Below are positions 18,205 to 27,446 of a stretch of DNA of 49,507 nt, piece by piece. The notes beneath the pieces are model-generated. The model did not search any database and was not told the origin of the DNA. It was given only the letters and a program-made list of their open reading frames with translations. Each line of letters opens with the position of its first letter. The first letter of the stretch is position 1. The position numbers were made by a program, and so were the translations under genes. The stretch comes from an uncultured Myxococcales bacterium (lineage in GTDB: Bacteria > Myxococcota_A > Polyangia > Palsa-1104 > JAEUJZ01): contig CALLYL010000458.1 in assembly GCA_937859535.1 (NCBI GenBank), forward strand, positions 1 through 49,507. The letters are read 5' to 3'.

Positions 18205-20391
18205 CTACGAGGTGCTCCCATCGGGACTAAGCGCAGACTGCGCGGACGCCTGCTGCTTCGGACCATGCACGGTGGGATCGTAGCCCCGCAAAATGAGTAG
18301 CGAGGTAGGGCATTCGCGGATCAGGAACTCTTGTTGGATGCCAAACTGCCGCGCTTCGAGTCCCCAATCACGACCGACGCCGATGATGACGAGATCATAG
18401 GGATTGTCGCTCTGACTGCGAATCTCGGTGAGTGCGGCCTCGGCGGGTTCCCCTTGCGCGGCCTGCTTGATGGTGACCTGCTCGGTTTCGCTGCCAAACA
18501 CCTCGCGAAGCTGCGGCTGGATATCAGATGAATCACCAGGCTTCTGGCTGCGCCGCTCGACGACACTTAGGACCGTCACCATCGCCCCGGACTGCTCCAT
18601 CAAGCGGTGGGCCAGCTTGAGCGCGGCGCGGTCGTGCGAGGTGCCATGAAAAGGAACCAGCACCCGCTGAATCGAACCCAGCCCGCGATCGACCAGCACC
18701 CCGACGTCGGCACGAGCTTCCTCTAACACTTCCCCAACGGTACCGGACAGCGCGGCCCGATTGAACAGCGGACGATGCCAGCCGAGCAGCACCAGATCGG
18801 CCCCTTTGACCTCGCTCACGTTGGCGATATCGCGGGCCAGATGCGACGACACAAACGCAATCGGACGCACCTGGATCTGGGACTCTTCGGCGAGCTGAAG
18901 CACCGGACGGAGGACATGAGTGCCGGACTGTTGCTCCTTCGCATCCGCCAGGTAGAACGACGAGCGCTCGTTGACCCGCTGGAGCTTGAGCGCGTAGATC
19001 CGACTGCGATCACGGCTCTTGCCGAGCAGCGCCGCCGACAGCTTCAGCATGCCCGGTACCGTGGCTGGATACGACACACAGAGCAGCAGACAAAACGTAT
19101 CGGACGCTCGCGGCGGCTCGGCAGCGGCAAGCTCAGCAGCGATAAGGCGATCCGGATAAATCAGTCGTAGCAGCGGTGCCGTTGACACCGTCGACACCAA
19201 CGCCACCAGCACCATGATCGTAAACATCGTTGGAGAGATCACCCCCAGGTCGAGCCCGATGTTCAGTACGACCAGTTCCATCAGCCCTTGGGTGTTCATC
19301 ATCACCCCGACTGCTGCCGACTCTCGCCACGACATCCCCGAGACCCGCGCCGCCACCAAGCAAGCCCCGAACTTGCCAATCACCGCCAGCGACAGCAGCA
19401 CTCCAAACAGTCCCCACAGGTTGGCTTGGTTTAGCAGACCGACCTGGGTACGCAGACCCGAGTACGCGAAAAACAGCGGCAGCAGGAACACCACCGCAAA
19501 GTCCTCCAGTCGATCGGCCAGCGTCGCTGCAAACCCATTTTCCTTGGGCATCAGGACGCCAAACATAAAGGCCCCAAACAGCGCATGGATGCCAATCAGC
19601 TCGGTGGTAAAGCTCGACAGGAACAGCAGCAGAAACACCGCCGCGACCAGGTTCTGGGACAAACCTTCGCGACTCGCACCGCGCTGACCGAGCCGTCGCA
19701 AAAGGGGCCTGACCACAAACCACATCCCAGCGATGTACACCACCGTCAGCAGCGTCGGACGAATCGACTCCGTAAAGCCGTGCGACTTGGTCGACGCCAC
19801 CACAAACGCCAGCAGACACCACGCCAGCACATCGTTTATCGCCGCGCAGGTCAGCGCCACCGTCCCCACCTTCGAGTGCAGCATGCGCGCCGCCGACAAG
19901 ATGCGCGCCAGCACTGGGAACGCCGTGATCGACAGCGCCGTGCCCAAAAACAGCGCAAACGACAGCGGCTTCACCTCCGGCGTCGACAGCGTCTGATACA
20001 GCAGCGTGGCCGTACCGCCGCCAATCGCAAACGGCACCGCAATCCCGGCCAAGCTGATAAGCAAGGAGGCCCGACCGTGCTTGCGCACCATGCTCGGGTC
20101 CAGCTCCAGCCCGACCAGGAACATGAACAGGATCAGACCCACCTGCGCAAAGATTTGGAGCAGCCCGAGTCCGGTTTTGGGAAACAGCGTGACCGTAAGC
20201 TCCGGCCACAGCCAGCCCAAAAGCGATGGTCCCAGCACGATGCCGGTCAGGATCTCGGCGATCACCATCGGCAGACCGATGTACCGAACCAGCAGGCCCA
20301 GTCCTCGCGCCAGCGCAATGATCACGACCGCTTGGGCCATAAACAGCGCCAGCGGACTGTGCCCGAGACTCTGTACGAGTATGGAAATCAT
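18205..20391 (-). CDS. cation:proton antiporter (CPA2/Kef-type) with C-terminal USP-like domains
   Basis: 728 aa. The N-terminal roughly 420 aa are polytopic (AEILTGIVLGPSLLG is typical of Na_H_Exchanger). The C-terminal soluble half resembles tandem universal-stress-protein folds. Confidence 0.85.
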   Translation of the reverse strand: MISILVQSLGHSPLALFMAQAVVIIALARGLGLLVRYIGLPMVIAEILTGIVLGPSLLGWLWPELTVTLFPKTGLGLLQIFAQVGLILFMFLVGLELDPSMVRKHGRASLLISLAGIAVPFAIGGGTATLLYQTLSTPEVKPLSFALFLGTALSITAFPVLARILSAARMLHSKVGTVALTCAAINDVLAWCLLAFVVASTKSHGFTESIRPTLLTVVYIAGMWFVVRPLLRRLGQRGASREGLSQNLVAAVFLLLFLSSFTTELIGIHALFGAFMFGVLMPKENGFAATLADRLEDFAVVFLLPLFFAYSGLRTQVGLLNQANLWGLFGVLLSLAVIGKFGACLVAARVSGMSWRESAAVGVMMNTQGLMELVVLNIGLDLGVISPTMFTIMVLVALVSTVSTAPLLRLIYPDRLIAAELAAAEPPRASDTFCLLLCVSYPATVPGMLKLSAALLGKSRDRSRIYALKLQRVNERSSFYLADAKEQQSGTHVLRPVLQLAEESQIQVRPIAFVSSHLARDIANVSEVKGADLVLLGWHRPLFNRAALSGTVGEVLEEARADVGVLVDRGLGSIQRVLVPFHGTSHDRAALKLAHRLMEQSGAMVTVLSVVERRSQKPGDSSDIQPQLREVFGSETEQVTIKQAAQGEPAEAALTEIRSQSDNPYDLVIIGVGRDWGLEARQFGIQQEFLIRECPTSLLILRGYDPTVHGPKQQASAQSALSPDGSTS

Positions 20392-20496
20392 AGGCCTTCA
20401 CCTTGATACACGCCTTCGCCGAGGGGGTCAACGACGACGGACTTGCCGGTTTGTGACTTGACAACAGCGGGCCTGTCACGAAAAGGTTGGCCCCAC

Positions 20497-21549
20497 ATGC
20501 TGCGCCCTTTCTGTCGGCCATTCCGTCGCTGCACCCCTCTTTCTGCCCTGCTTGGTCCTCTGCTCGCGGTGGGCTGTCTGCCGGACCCGGACATCAAGGT
20601 GCCGGACTTCAAGCCCTCGGGCGTGGTGGACCTGGCGACCTCACGCTTGGATGCCGGTCCGCCGCCTGATTCCGGTCGCGTAAGCTGGCTGCCGGACCAG
20701 AGCGTTCGCAATGGCCAGACCTTGCGCGCCATCCTCAGCGACCCGAGTGGTCAGGTCTTTGCGGTCGGTCACGTCGGGACCATCCTCCGCCGCGGTGGCA
20801 GCAGTTGGATCAGCGAGCCCGCTGTCGATGCGGCCAAGGTTCTCACCAGCAATCTGTACGGGGCAGGTAGTAGTGGCAGCGACCTGTACGCCGTCGGAGA
20901 AGCGGGTGTCATCGTCAAGCGCGCCACCGACAAGTGGCAGCAGGAAGCCAAAGAGCTGGGCCTGACCACTTCACTGTTTGCGATCACCGCGACGACCAGC
21001 GGCGATCTGTATGCGGTCGGCGACGCGGGCACCATCCTTCGCAAGCCGATGGGCGGCGTCTGGTCCCGTGATTCAGTCGACGCCGGCCTTGCCAATGCCG
21101 ACTTTCGCGCCGTCGTGGTCAGCCGGCCCGATGAGCTGTTCGCGGTCGGACTCGGCGGCGTCATCGCCCGACGCAGCGCTGGGAAGTGGAGCCCAGACAG
21201 CGTCCCCGTCGATGCTGGCGATCGTGGAAACTACTATGGCGTCGTCGTCACCAGCGAGAGCGTGTTTGTCGCAGGTGAGTACGGCCGCGTGCTCCGTCGC
21301 GATGCCGACAAATGGCGGCGCGAGTCGACCGTGCCCCAAAGCGGCCAGACCATCCATTTCTTGGCACTCGGGGCCTCGGGCTCGGATCTAACGGTAGTCG
21401 GCACACTCGGCACCATCCAGCGACGCGACGGCAGCACCAAAACCTGGACCCTCGAAGACAGCAGCACCCTCCTCACCCTGAGCGGCCTTTCGACGGCCCA
21501 GCCCCTTCGCGCCGTTGGTGCTCAAGGCACCGTGGTGGTGCGCAAGTGA
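20497..21549 (+). CDS. secreted beta-propeller-like repeat protein
   Basis: Signal peptide with Cys (LLAVGC). It has seven spaced copies of the h-(Y/F)AVG-xxG-xIhRR motif (VFAVGHVGTILRR, LYAVGEAGVIVKR, LYAVGDAGTILRK, LFAVGLGGVIARR, VFVAGEYGRVLRR, LTVVGTLGTIQRR, LRAVGAQGTVVVRK). Confidence 0.65.
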   Translation: MLRPFCRPFRRCTPLSALLGPLLAVGCLPDPDIKVPDFKPSGVVDLATSRLDAGPPPDSGRVSWLPDQSVRNGQTLRAILSDPSGQVFAVGHVGTILRRGGSSWISEPAVDAAKVLTSNLYGAGSSGSDLYAVGEAGVIVKRATDKWQQEAKELGLTTSLFAITATTSGDLYAVGDAGTILRKPMGGVWSRDSVDAGLANADFRAVVVSRPDELFAVGLGGVIARRSAGKWSPDSVPVDAGDRGNYYGVVVTSESVFVAGEYGRVLRRDADKWRRESTVPQSGQTIHFLALGASGSDLTVVGTLGTIQRRDGSTKTWTLEDSSTLLTLSGLSTAQPLRAVGAQGTVVVRK

Positions 21550-21593
21550 GCGTCAGCGCCTCTCAGTCCCCGGCGTCCAACGAAAGTCGACCC

Positions 21594-22271
21594 ATGATTC
21601 AGCATCCTGTGATTGCCATTGATGGGCCCGCCGGGGCCGGAAAGTCTACCGTCGCCCGAGCGCTCGCCCGTCGGCTGGGGTTTTTCCTCCTCGACACGGG
21701 TGCTATCTATCGCAGCCTGGCCCTCTTCGCGCAGCAGCAAGGCGTGTCCTGGGCGGACGGTCCGCGACTTGGGGCGCTCGCAGAAACCCTCCCGATTCGT
21801 TTTGGTCGCGGGGAGGAGGACGGCGCGGTCTTTTTGGCCGACCAAACGGTGACCACGGCCATTCGCACGCCCGAAGTCTCGCTCGGTGCCTCTCAGGTCT
21901 CGGCCCATCCCGAGGTACGTGCGATGCTGCTCGGCCTACAGCGTCACCTGTCCCGCAGCGGCCCCTGTGTCGTGGAGGGTCGTGACATCGGCACAGTGGT
22001 GCTGCCTGACGCGCCACTCAAAATCTTTCTGACCGCTTCGCCCGAAGTCCGCGCCGAGCGGCGGCAAAAAGAACTGGAAGCCCGAGGCGTCAAGGCCGAT
22101 GCCACCGCCACCCGTCGCGAACAAGAGGAACGCGACCGCCGGGATCTGACCCGCGCCACCGCTCCACTCAAGTGTGCGGAGGACGCCGTGCTCTTCGACA
22201 CCAGCGAGCACTCGATCGAACAAGTCATCGACGAACTGGTGGCCACCGCCAAGCAGCGACTCAGCCTCTAG
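21594..22271 (+). CDS. cmk: cytidylate kinase
   Basis: MIQHPVIAIDGPAGAGKSTVARALARRLGFFLLDTGAIYR is the canonical Cmk N-terminus. The part of the ORF upstream of 21594 overlaps the preceding gene. Confidence 0.9.
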   Translation: MIQHPVIAIDGPAGAGKSTVARALARRLGFFLLDTGAIYRSLALFAQQQGVSWADGPRLGALAETLPIRFGRGEEDGAVFLADQTVTTAIRTPEVSLGASQVSAHPEVRAMLLGLQRHLSRSGPCVVEGRDIGTVVLPDAPLKIFLTASPEVRAERRQKELEARGVKADATATRREQEERDRRDLTRATAPLKCAEDAVLFDTSEHSIEQVIDELVATAKQRLSL

Positions 22272-22282
22272 ACCCTCGCCCC

Positions 22283-22555
22283 CTAAGACGAGGGGTAGCG
22301 GAAGATGGTGAGTCCACTGCGACCACTCGCAGCCAGTCGCTGACAGAGCTGGTCAATCTCAGTATCGAAGTCGACCAGCACCGGGCCTTGGCCCCTGCCT
22401 CTTTCAACCTGTGCGACGGCTACCCACTGACCCGCCAATTGAAACTGCGGGCCTTCACTCGTGTCGGTCTGCGGCATGTCGATATTGGCCTCGGTGGAAG
22501 ACGCCACCGTAGGATCCTTTGCTACATCCATAAGGCCCGGCGCGTCAAGCCGCAA
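22283..22555 (-). CDS. hypothetical small protein (possibly not coding)
   Basis: 90-aa ORF directly downstream of the M16 peptidase on the same strand. No family recognised. Confidence 0.3.
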   Translation of the reverse strand: MRLDAPGLMDVAKDPTVASSTEANIDMPQTDTSEGPQFQLAGQWVAVAQVERGRGQGPVLVDFDTEIDQLCQRLAASGRSGLTIFRYPSS

Positions 22556-22578
22556 CCCTGCGAAAATACAGCTTTTCT

Positions 22579-25479
22579 CTACTTTGCAGGTTTGGTGGGC
22601 AGCGGGTTGCCCTCGGCATCGCGGAACTGGACGTCGGTGACCCCGAGCGCTTGTGGCAACTTCGGCAAAAGCTTCTGCACATCACCCACAATCACGATGG
22701 TCGCTTCCTCTGGATGCAGGCGGCTTTTGCTGACCTCTTGGAGCCGTGCCGGCGTGGCCGTCTGCGCCCCGGCGAGCAGCCGTGCAAACTCGTCCGCCGG
22801 CAAGCGATTGCGCGCAAAGCCCGCATACAGTTGCGAAAGTCCGGCGGTTCGCTCGCTCTGCATCACCAGCCGCTGAATCGCACCGTTTTTGGCACTTGCC
22901 AGCTCCTCGGCAGAGCACATCTCGTCGCGCAGTCTTCGCTCCTCGGACCGTAGCTCGACCACCGATTCAGTGGTCACGTCGCTGCGCACCGCAGCTTGCG
23001 CCACCCAAAAGCCCAGCCCATCCATCCGCATCACCTGCGAGCGTGCTCCGTAGGTGTAGCCGTGCTTTTCACGCAGGTTTTGGTTGAGCCGACTCGTGAA
23101 CATCCCCCCAAGCAGCACGTTGGCCATGTCCATCACCGGTCGCTCCGGATCGAGCGCGCCCGGTACCAAGTTGGCGAAACGAACCTCGGCCTGCGGCGCG
23201 CCCGGCCTATCGACCAGCACCAACCCTCGCTGAGGCCGAGGCGGCGTACGCACCGGTCGAGCCAGCGGAGTCGACGGCGGCGCCAGCGGCAACCGCCCGA
23301 GCACGCCCAGTAGCTTGTCGGCCTGCGCCTGGCTCAACTCGAAGTCACCGGCAATCACGATTTTCCACGAGCGCGGCGGATAGAAGCTCTGGTGAAACGC
23401 CCGCAGATCCGATCCTGACAGCTTTTGCAGCGTCGCCGCCGTGCCCTGCGGCCATCGTCCATACGGATCGCTTGCACCATAGAGGCTACTGCGCAGCACC
23501 CGATCGGCCACCGAGGCGGGTTCATCCTTCTTTTGCTCTAGGCTCGCCAGCCGCTCACCACGCACCCGCGACCACTCGGCTTCCTCGAAGCGAGGCCGCA
23601 GCAGTGCTTCGTAAAACAGCGAGGATGCCTCGGCGTAGGTCTGCCCGAGCACTCCCATTGTTAAAAGCGTGGTATCCGACGTCACCTGCGCCTTCCAGGT
23701 TGCGCCCGCCGCTTGCATCGCTTGTGCCCAGTCGAGGCCGCTCCGCTTGTCGCTGCCTTCGCTGAGCATCGTCGCCACTGCATCGGCCAGACCGGACTTT
23801 GCCGCCACCGCATCGGCTTCACCAACCGGAATCGATACCGCCGTCTCGATGAGTGGGGTGCCGGTTCGCTTCACCAGCGTCACATCCACCCCATGAACCC
23901 GGAAATGCGCGCTCGGTGGTGGGGTCGGTGGCTTGAGAGCGAGCGGCTTCGGTGCCTTCGATAGATCAATGGGGGCCCGCATCGGCTGACCAACCGGCGC
24001 AGCTTTACCCGGCGGTTTTGCCGCCTGTTTGGGGGGTGACTCGCTCGGCTTTGCCGGCTCCGCTTGCGTCACCGCCCCCGTCCTTGGCACCACCGAGATT
24101 TGCAGCCGTCGCCAGCGCTCACCGATCCCCAAATCCTGCGCTCGCGAAAGGATGCTCGCGGGCGTCGCCGACTGAAGCTTCCCAACGAGCTGCGGCAGCG
24201 CATTCGGATCCCCCAGCCACGCATTGAGCTGCTGAATCCACAGCGACTGTCCGAGCGGCGTCTCAATGTCCCGTGCCAGCTCCAAAAGCCGCAGGTTCCG
24301 CGCCCGCAGGATCTCATCGGCACTCGGCGGCGCACTCGCAAACGCCGCAAGCTCGCGCTCCACCGCTTGCGAGAGCTGCTCCGCCGTCACGCCCTGTTGC
24401 GCCGTCACCGTCACCCCCAGCACCGAGCCAAGCTGCTGCGGATCGACCTCGACCTCGACCGTCTGCGCCAGCTTTTGCTCGATGACCAGCTTGCGATGCA
24501 GTCGACTGGCGCGCCCTTTCCCCAGCACATCGCCAAGGAGCACCGTCTCGGCATAGTCCGGGCTACCGACCGCTGGCGCATGCCACAGCAGGTAGACTCG
24601 CGGCAGGGCCACTTGGTCTTGCACGACAATCTTCTGCTCGACCGGCACCACCATCGACGGAACCCCACCCCCTAGCGAGGGCGACACCGGCTTCGGTCGC
24701 TTGGGCATCCACCCGAAGTAGGTCTGGACGAGCCGCTTCGCTTCCTCGGGATTGAAGTCGCCGACAATCGCCAGCGTCGCATTCGACGGCGTGTAGAACT
24801 TGTAAAAGAACTGCTTGACGTCGCTGGTACTGGCCGCGATCAAGTCCTCGTGCGAGCCGATGATTGGCCACGAATAGGGATGCCCCGCTGGATACATCGC
24901 CGAGGAAACCCGCAGCTCGGCCATTCCGTACGGTCGATTTTCGTACGACTGCCGCCGCTCGTTGCGCACCACCTCGCGCTGGAGACTGACCTTTTCGTCG
25001 GTCATCGTCTCCGGCAGGTTGGTAAGGCGCTCGGCTTCCAGCCAGAGCAGCGTCGGGAGCAGATGGCTCGGCCCGAAGTCAAAGTAGAACGTCCGATCGG
25101 TGCTGGTCGTCGCGTTGTTGCCGCCGCCCTCCGACTCCATGATCGCGTCGAAGCGGTTGTTCGGCACGTGGCGCGTTCCCATGAACATCAGGTGTTCATA
25201 CAGGTGCGCAAAGCCGGTACGACCGGGCGCTTCATCGCGTGAACCGACCGAAAACCACAGCGACACCACCACCCGAGGCACGGACGGATCGCGACGGAGC
25301 AGCACGGTCATGCCACTCGGCAGCGTGTAGCGTTCCGCCGTGAGCGCAAACGGATCACGCCCCGCTGGCGCTGGGGTCGCTGCCGCTTTGGGAACAGGTG
25401 CGGATACAGGTGGCGCGGCAGACGGCGCAGAGGACACAAGGCCGACGGTGAGCAGCAGGGCGACGGTCAGCTTGCGCAT
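22579..25479 (-). CDS. M16 family (pitrilysin/insulinase-like) zinc peptidase, double-unit
   Basis: HxxEH zinc motif in GFAHLYEHLMFMGT and two M16 active/inactive halves. ATG 25479 gives the signal peptide MRKLTVALLLTVGLVSSAPSAA. Confidence 0.85.
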   Translation of the reverse strand: MRKLTVALLLTVGLVSSAPSAAPPVSAPVPKAAATPAPAGRDPFALTAERYTLPSGMTVLLRRDPSVPRVVVSLWFSVGSRDEAPGRTGFAHLYEHLMFMGTRHVPNNRFDAIMESEGGGNNATTSTDRTFYFDFGPSHLLPTLLWLEAERLTNLPETMTDEKVSLQREVVRNERRQSYENRPYGMAELRVSSAMYPAGHPYSWPIIGSHEDLIAASTSDVKQFFYKFYTPSNATLAIVGDFNPEEAKRLVQTYFGWMPKRPKPVSPSLGGGVPSMVVPVEQKIVVQDQVALPRVYLLWHAPAVGSPDYAETVLLGDVLGKGRASRLHRKLVIEQKLAQTVEVEVDPQQLGSVLGVTVTAQQGVTAEQLSQAVERELAAFASAPPSADEILRARNLRLLELARDIETPLGQSLWIQQLNAWLGDPNALPQLVGKLQSATPASILSRAQDLGIGERWRRLQISVVPRTGAVTQAEPAKPSESPPKQAAKPPGKAAPVGQPMRAPIDLSKAPKPLALKPPTPPPSAHFRVHGVDVTLVKRTGTPLIETAVSIPVGEADAVAAKSGLADAVATMLSEGSDKRSGLDWAQAMQAAGATWKAQVTSDTTLLTMGVLGQTYAEASSLFYEALLRPRFEEAEWSRVRGERLASLEQKKDEPASVADRVLRSSLYGASDPYGRWPQGTAATLQKLSGSDLRAFHQSFYPPRSWKIVIAGDFELSQAQADKLLGVLGRLPLAPPSTPLARPVRTPPRPQRGLVLVDRPGAPQAEVRFANLVPGALDPERPVMDMANVLLGGMFTSRLNQNLREKHGYTYGARSQVMRMDGLGFWVAQAAVRSDVTTESVVELRSEERRLRDEMCSAEELASAKNGAIQRLVMQSERTAGLSQLYAGFARNRLPADEFARLLAGAQTATPARLQEVSKSRLHPEEATIVIVGDVQKLLPKLPQALGVTDVQFRDAEGNPLPTKPAK

Positions 25480-25481
25480 GG

Positions 25482-25898
25482 CTACAGCTCCATTTCCAGG
25501 CTCGGACGCGGATCGGTAAGCGGCCTGGGCCGAAACAGCAGCACGTTGCGACCGATCACCTGCACCAGCGCGGCGCGGCACTGCTTGGCCAGCTCCGTCG
25601 CCAGCTCGTGACGATCCCCCGGCACCGTTTCGAGCAGCTTCAGCTTCACCAGCTCGTGCTGCTCCAGCACCGTCGCAATCGCAGACAAAAGCCCTTCGCT
25701 GATGCCGTCTTTGCCAATCTGAACCACCGGTTGCAGGTGATGGCCCAGGCCGCGCAAGATCGTGCGCTGGCGATTGTCGAGCACCGGCGCTCCTCCGGCA
25801 GCGGACATCGTCTTGGACTTGCGACGCTTGGGCGCTTCGGTGGTGCGGCTCGGCTTAGAACGGGTACCCGACCGGCGGTCGGAGCTTGGCTTTGACAT
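25482..25898 (-). CDS. YhbY-like CRM-domain RNA-binding protein
   Basis: LRGLGHHLQPVVQIGKDGISEGLLSAIATVLEQHELVKLKL...VQVIGRNVLLFRP parallels E. coli YhbY. There is a basic N-terminal extension, and an alternative start at 25808. Its stop lies 2 nt from the peptidase start. Confidence 0.7.
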   Translation of the reverse strand: MSKPSSDRRSGTRSKPSRTTEAPKRRKSKTMSAAGGAPVLDNRQRTILRGLGHHLQPVVQIGKDGISEGLLSAIATVLEQHELVKLKLLETVPGDRHELATELAKQCRAALVQVIGRNVLLFRPRPLTDPRPSLEMEL

Positions 25899-26034
25899 GC
25901 CGCAGAAGCTAGCAAATTGCCTGCGCACAGGGGGAACAACTTCGCGGGACGCCGAACGCGACGCACACGAGACGGCGACAGACTCAGGATGGCGGCCACT
26001 GTACAATGGATGGTGACACGCTGCGGGGGTCTCC

Positions 26035-26637
26035 ATGTCGAGGTCATTCTTTGAAGCCTTGCGTCATCCGAGTGAGGCCCCGTTTCTGTACACCTGCATG
26101 CAGCGTCCACAGGATCGGGCGGCTCGACAGCGCTATCTCCAGTTTCTCGCCGCCGAGGGTGATGTTCGCGGTGAAGCGCTGCGCCTGCACGGGCTCCTCA
26201 CCGAGCCCGAATACGCCAACGCCTTGCCCTCCGCAGAGTCTGCTCATCACCGCGCCTCGCTGCGCAAGCTGCTGCCACTCATCGATGGGGTGTGGTGGGC
26301 CACTGTCACCGGTGCCCCCCAGGTCTATCAATGCGGCAGCGCGCCCAACGCACAGACTCCCCAGGTCCGCTTCCGCTTCGAGTGTCCAAACAACTGGAAC
26401 ACGCTCGAACCAACAGACCAGGCCGACCGTCGTTTCTGCCCAAGCTGCGGCGAACACGTCTACTTTGCGGACTCGGTCAGCCGCGCCGAACAGCTCGCCA
26501 GACAGGGTGCCTGTATCGCCGTCCCTGCCCAGCTCACCGACAAGCTCGCCAAGAACCTCACCGAACACTGCGTCGGTCGACCGGACTGGCGCAAGATGTG
26601 GGCCGAGCGAATCTTTGGCGAGGACCGCGAAGGGTAG
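26035..26637 (+). CDS. hypothetical protein, TIGR02996-like N-terminus plus zinc-ribbon-like segment
   Basis: The N-terminal FEALRHPSEAP...RQRYLQFLAAEGDVRGEALRL resembles the TIGR02996 repeat-companion domain. FECPNNW...RRFCPSCGEHVYF looks like a Cys4 ribbon. Confidence 0.45.
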   Translation: MSRSFFEALRHPSEAPFLYTCMQRPQDRAARQRYLQFLAAEGDVRGEALRLHGLLTEPEYANALPSAESAHHRASLRKLLPLIDGVWWATVTGAPQVYQCGSAPNAQTPQVRFRFECPNNWNTLEPTDQADRRFCPSCGEHVYFADSVSRAEQLARQGACIAVPAQLTDKLAKNLTEHCVGRPDWRKMWAERIFGEDREG

Positions 26638-26646
26638 GACCGAACC

Positions 26647-27345
26647 CTAGGGCTTTACGACTGCGGCGGTCTGGCCAAACAGGATCTTCTTCGCGGCGTC
26701 GCTGACCGTAGGCGCGGTGTTGATCTCCTTGGCACGAGCGTAGGCGCGGATGGTGCCCGGTCGCGCTTTGATCGCTTCCATCCAGCGCGCAAGGTGGGGG
26801 AAGTCTTGCAGGTTCTGTCCCTGCCGCTCGTACAGCACCGTCCACGGATAGCAGGCCATGTCCGCGATCGAATACTCCCCAGCGACAAACTCACGATCGG
26901 CGAGCCGCTTGTTGAGCACTCCGTACAGGCGGTTGGTCTCGTTTACGTAGCGCGTGATCGCGTAGGGAATCTTTTCCGGTGCGTACTGGCCAAAGTGGTG
27001 ATTCTGCCCAGCCATCGGCCCGAGACCCGCCATCTGCCAAAACAACCACTGGAGCACATCGGCCCGACCGCGCAGATCCCCAGGAATGAACTGTCCGACC
27101 TTGTCTGCCAGGTAGAGCAGAATCGCCCCCGACTCGAACACAGAGACCGGCGCACCCCCATCCGAAGGGGCGTTGTCGACAATCGCTGGAATGCGATTGT
27201 TCGGTGAGATCGCCAGAAACTCCGGCTTGAACTGTTCGCCGGTTCCGATGCTCACCGGAATGATGCGGTAGGGCAACCCCGCCTCTTCCAAAAACATCGT
27301 GATCTTGTGCCCATTTGGAGTCGTCCAGTAATACAGGTCAATCAT
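26647..27345 (-). CDS. glutathione S-transferase (Nu-class, YfcG/YghU-like)
   Basis: MIDLYYWTTPNGHKITMFLEEAGLPYRIIPVSIGTGEQFKPEFLAISPNNRIPAIVD closely parallels YfcG-type GSTs. GAGGA lies upstream of ATG 27345. Confidence 0.85.
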   Translation of the reverse strand: MIDLYYWTTPNGHKITMFLEEAGLPYRIIPVSIGTGEQFKPEFLAISPNNRIPAIVDNAPSDGGAPVSVFESGAILLYLADKVGQFIPGDLRGRADVLQWLFWQMAGLGPMAGQNHHFGQYAPEKIPYAITRYVNETNRLYGVLNKRLADREFVAGEYSIADMACYPWTVLYERQGQNLQDFPHLARWMEAIKARPGTIRAYARAKEINTAPTVSDAAKKILFGQTAAVVKP

Positions 27346-27446
27346 GTGGTCCTCGTGCGGTTCGGAAGGAAAAGCCACCTAGAGCCTGCCGTAGATGGCA
27401 TACGGACGCCAGCCCCTTCACAAAACCCTTGTGCTACGGTGCGGCG

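Noticed and set aside
16558-20521. Long antisense or overlapping ORFs (16558-18138 plus 526 aa; 19133-20521 minus 462 aa; 19585-20406 plus 273 aa). Similar ones lie elsewhere (35104-35955 minus, 45710-46588 plus, 47246-48040 plus, 30730-31518 plus, 22172-22876 plus).
   Set aside because: These are typical high-G+C shadow ORFs. They are Arg/Gly/Pro/His-rich with low complexity and no recognisable motifs. Each fully overlaps a gene on another frame or strand that has clear family signatures.
21312-21593. N-terminal extensions of annotated ORFs (cmk from 21312; kinase from 9651; NtrC from 11128; TolC from 9726; M16 from 25581; GST from 27378; phnW from 35038)
   Set aside because: The extensions are Arg/Pro-rich, overlap upstream genes or repeats, and precede internal starts that give canonical family N-termini or signal peptides, often with a better RBS.
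22273-22294. Bidirectional terminator hairpin between cmk and the convergent small ORF (CCCTCG-N10-CGAGGG)
   Set aside because: It has only a 6-bp stem with a 10-nt loop and no U-tract, and it overlaps the stop region of ORF 22283-22555. That is too weak to call.
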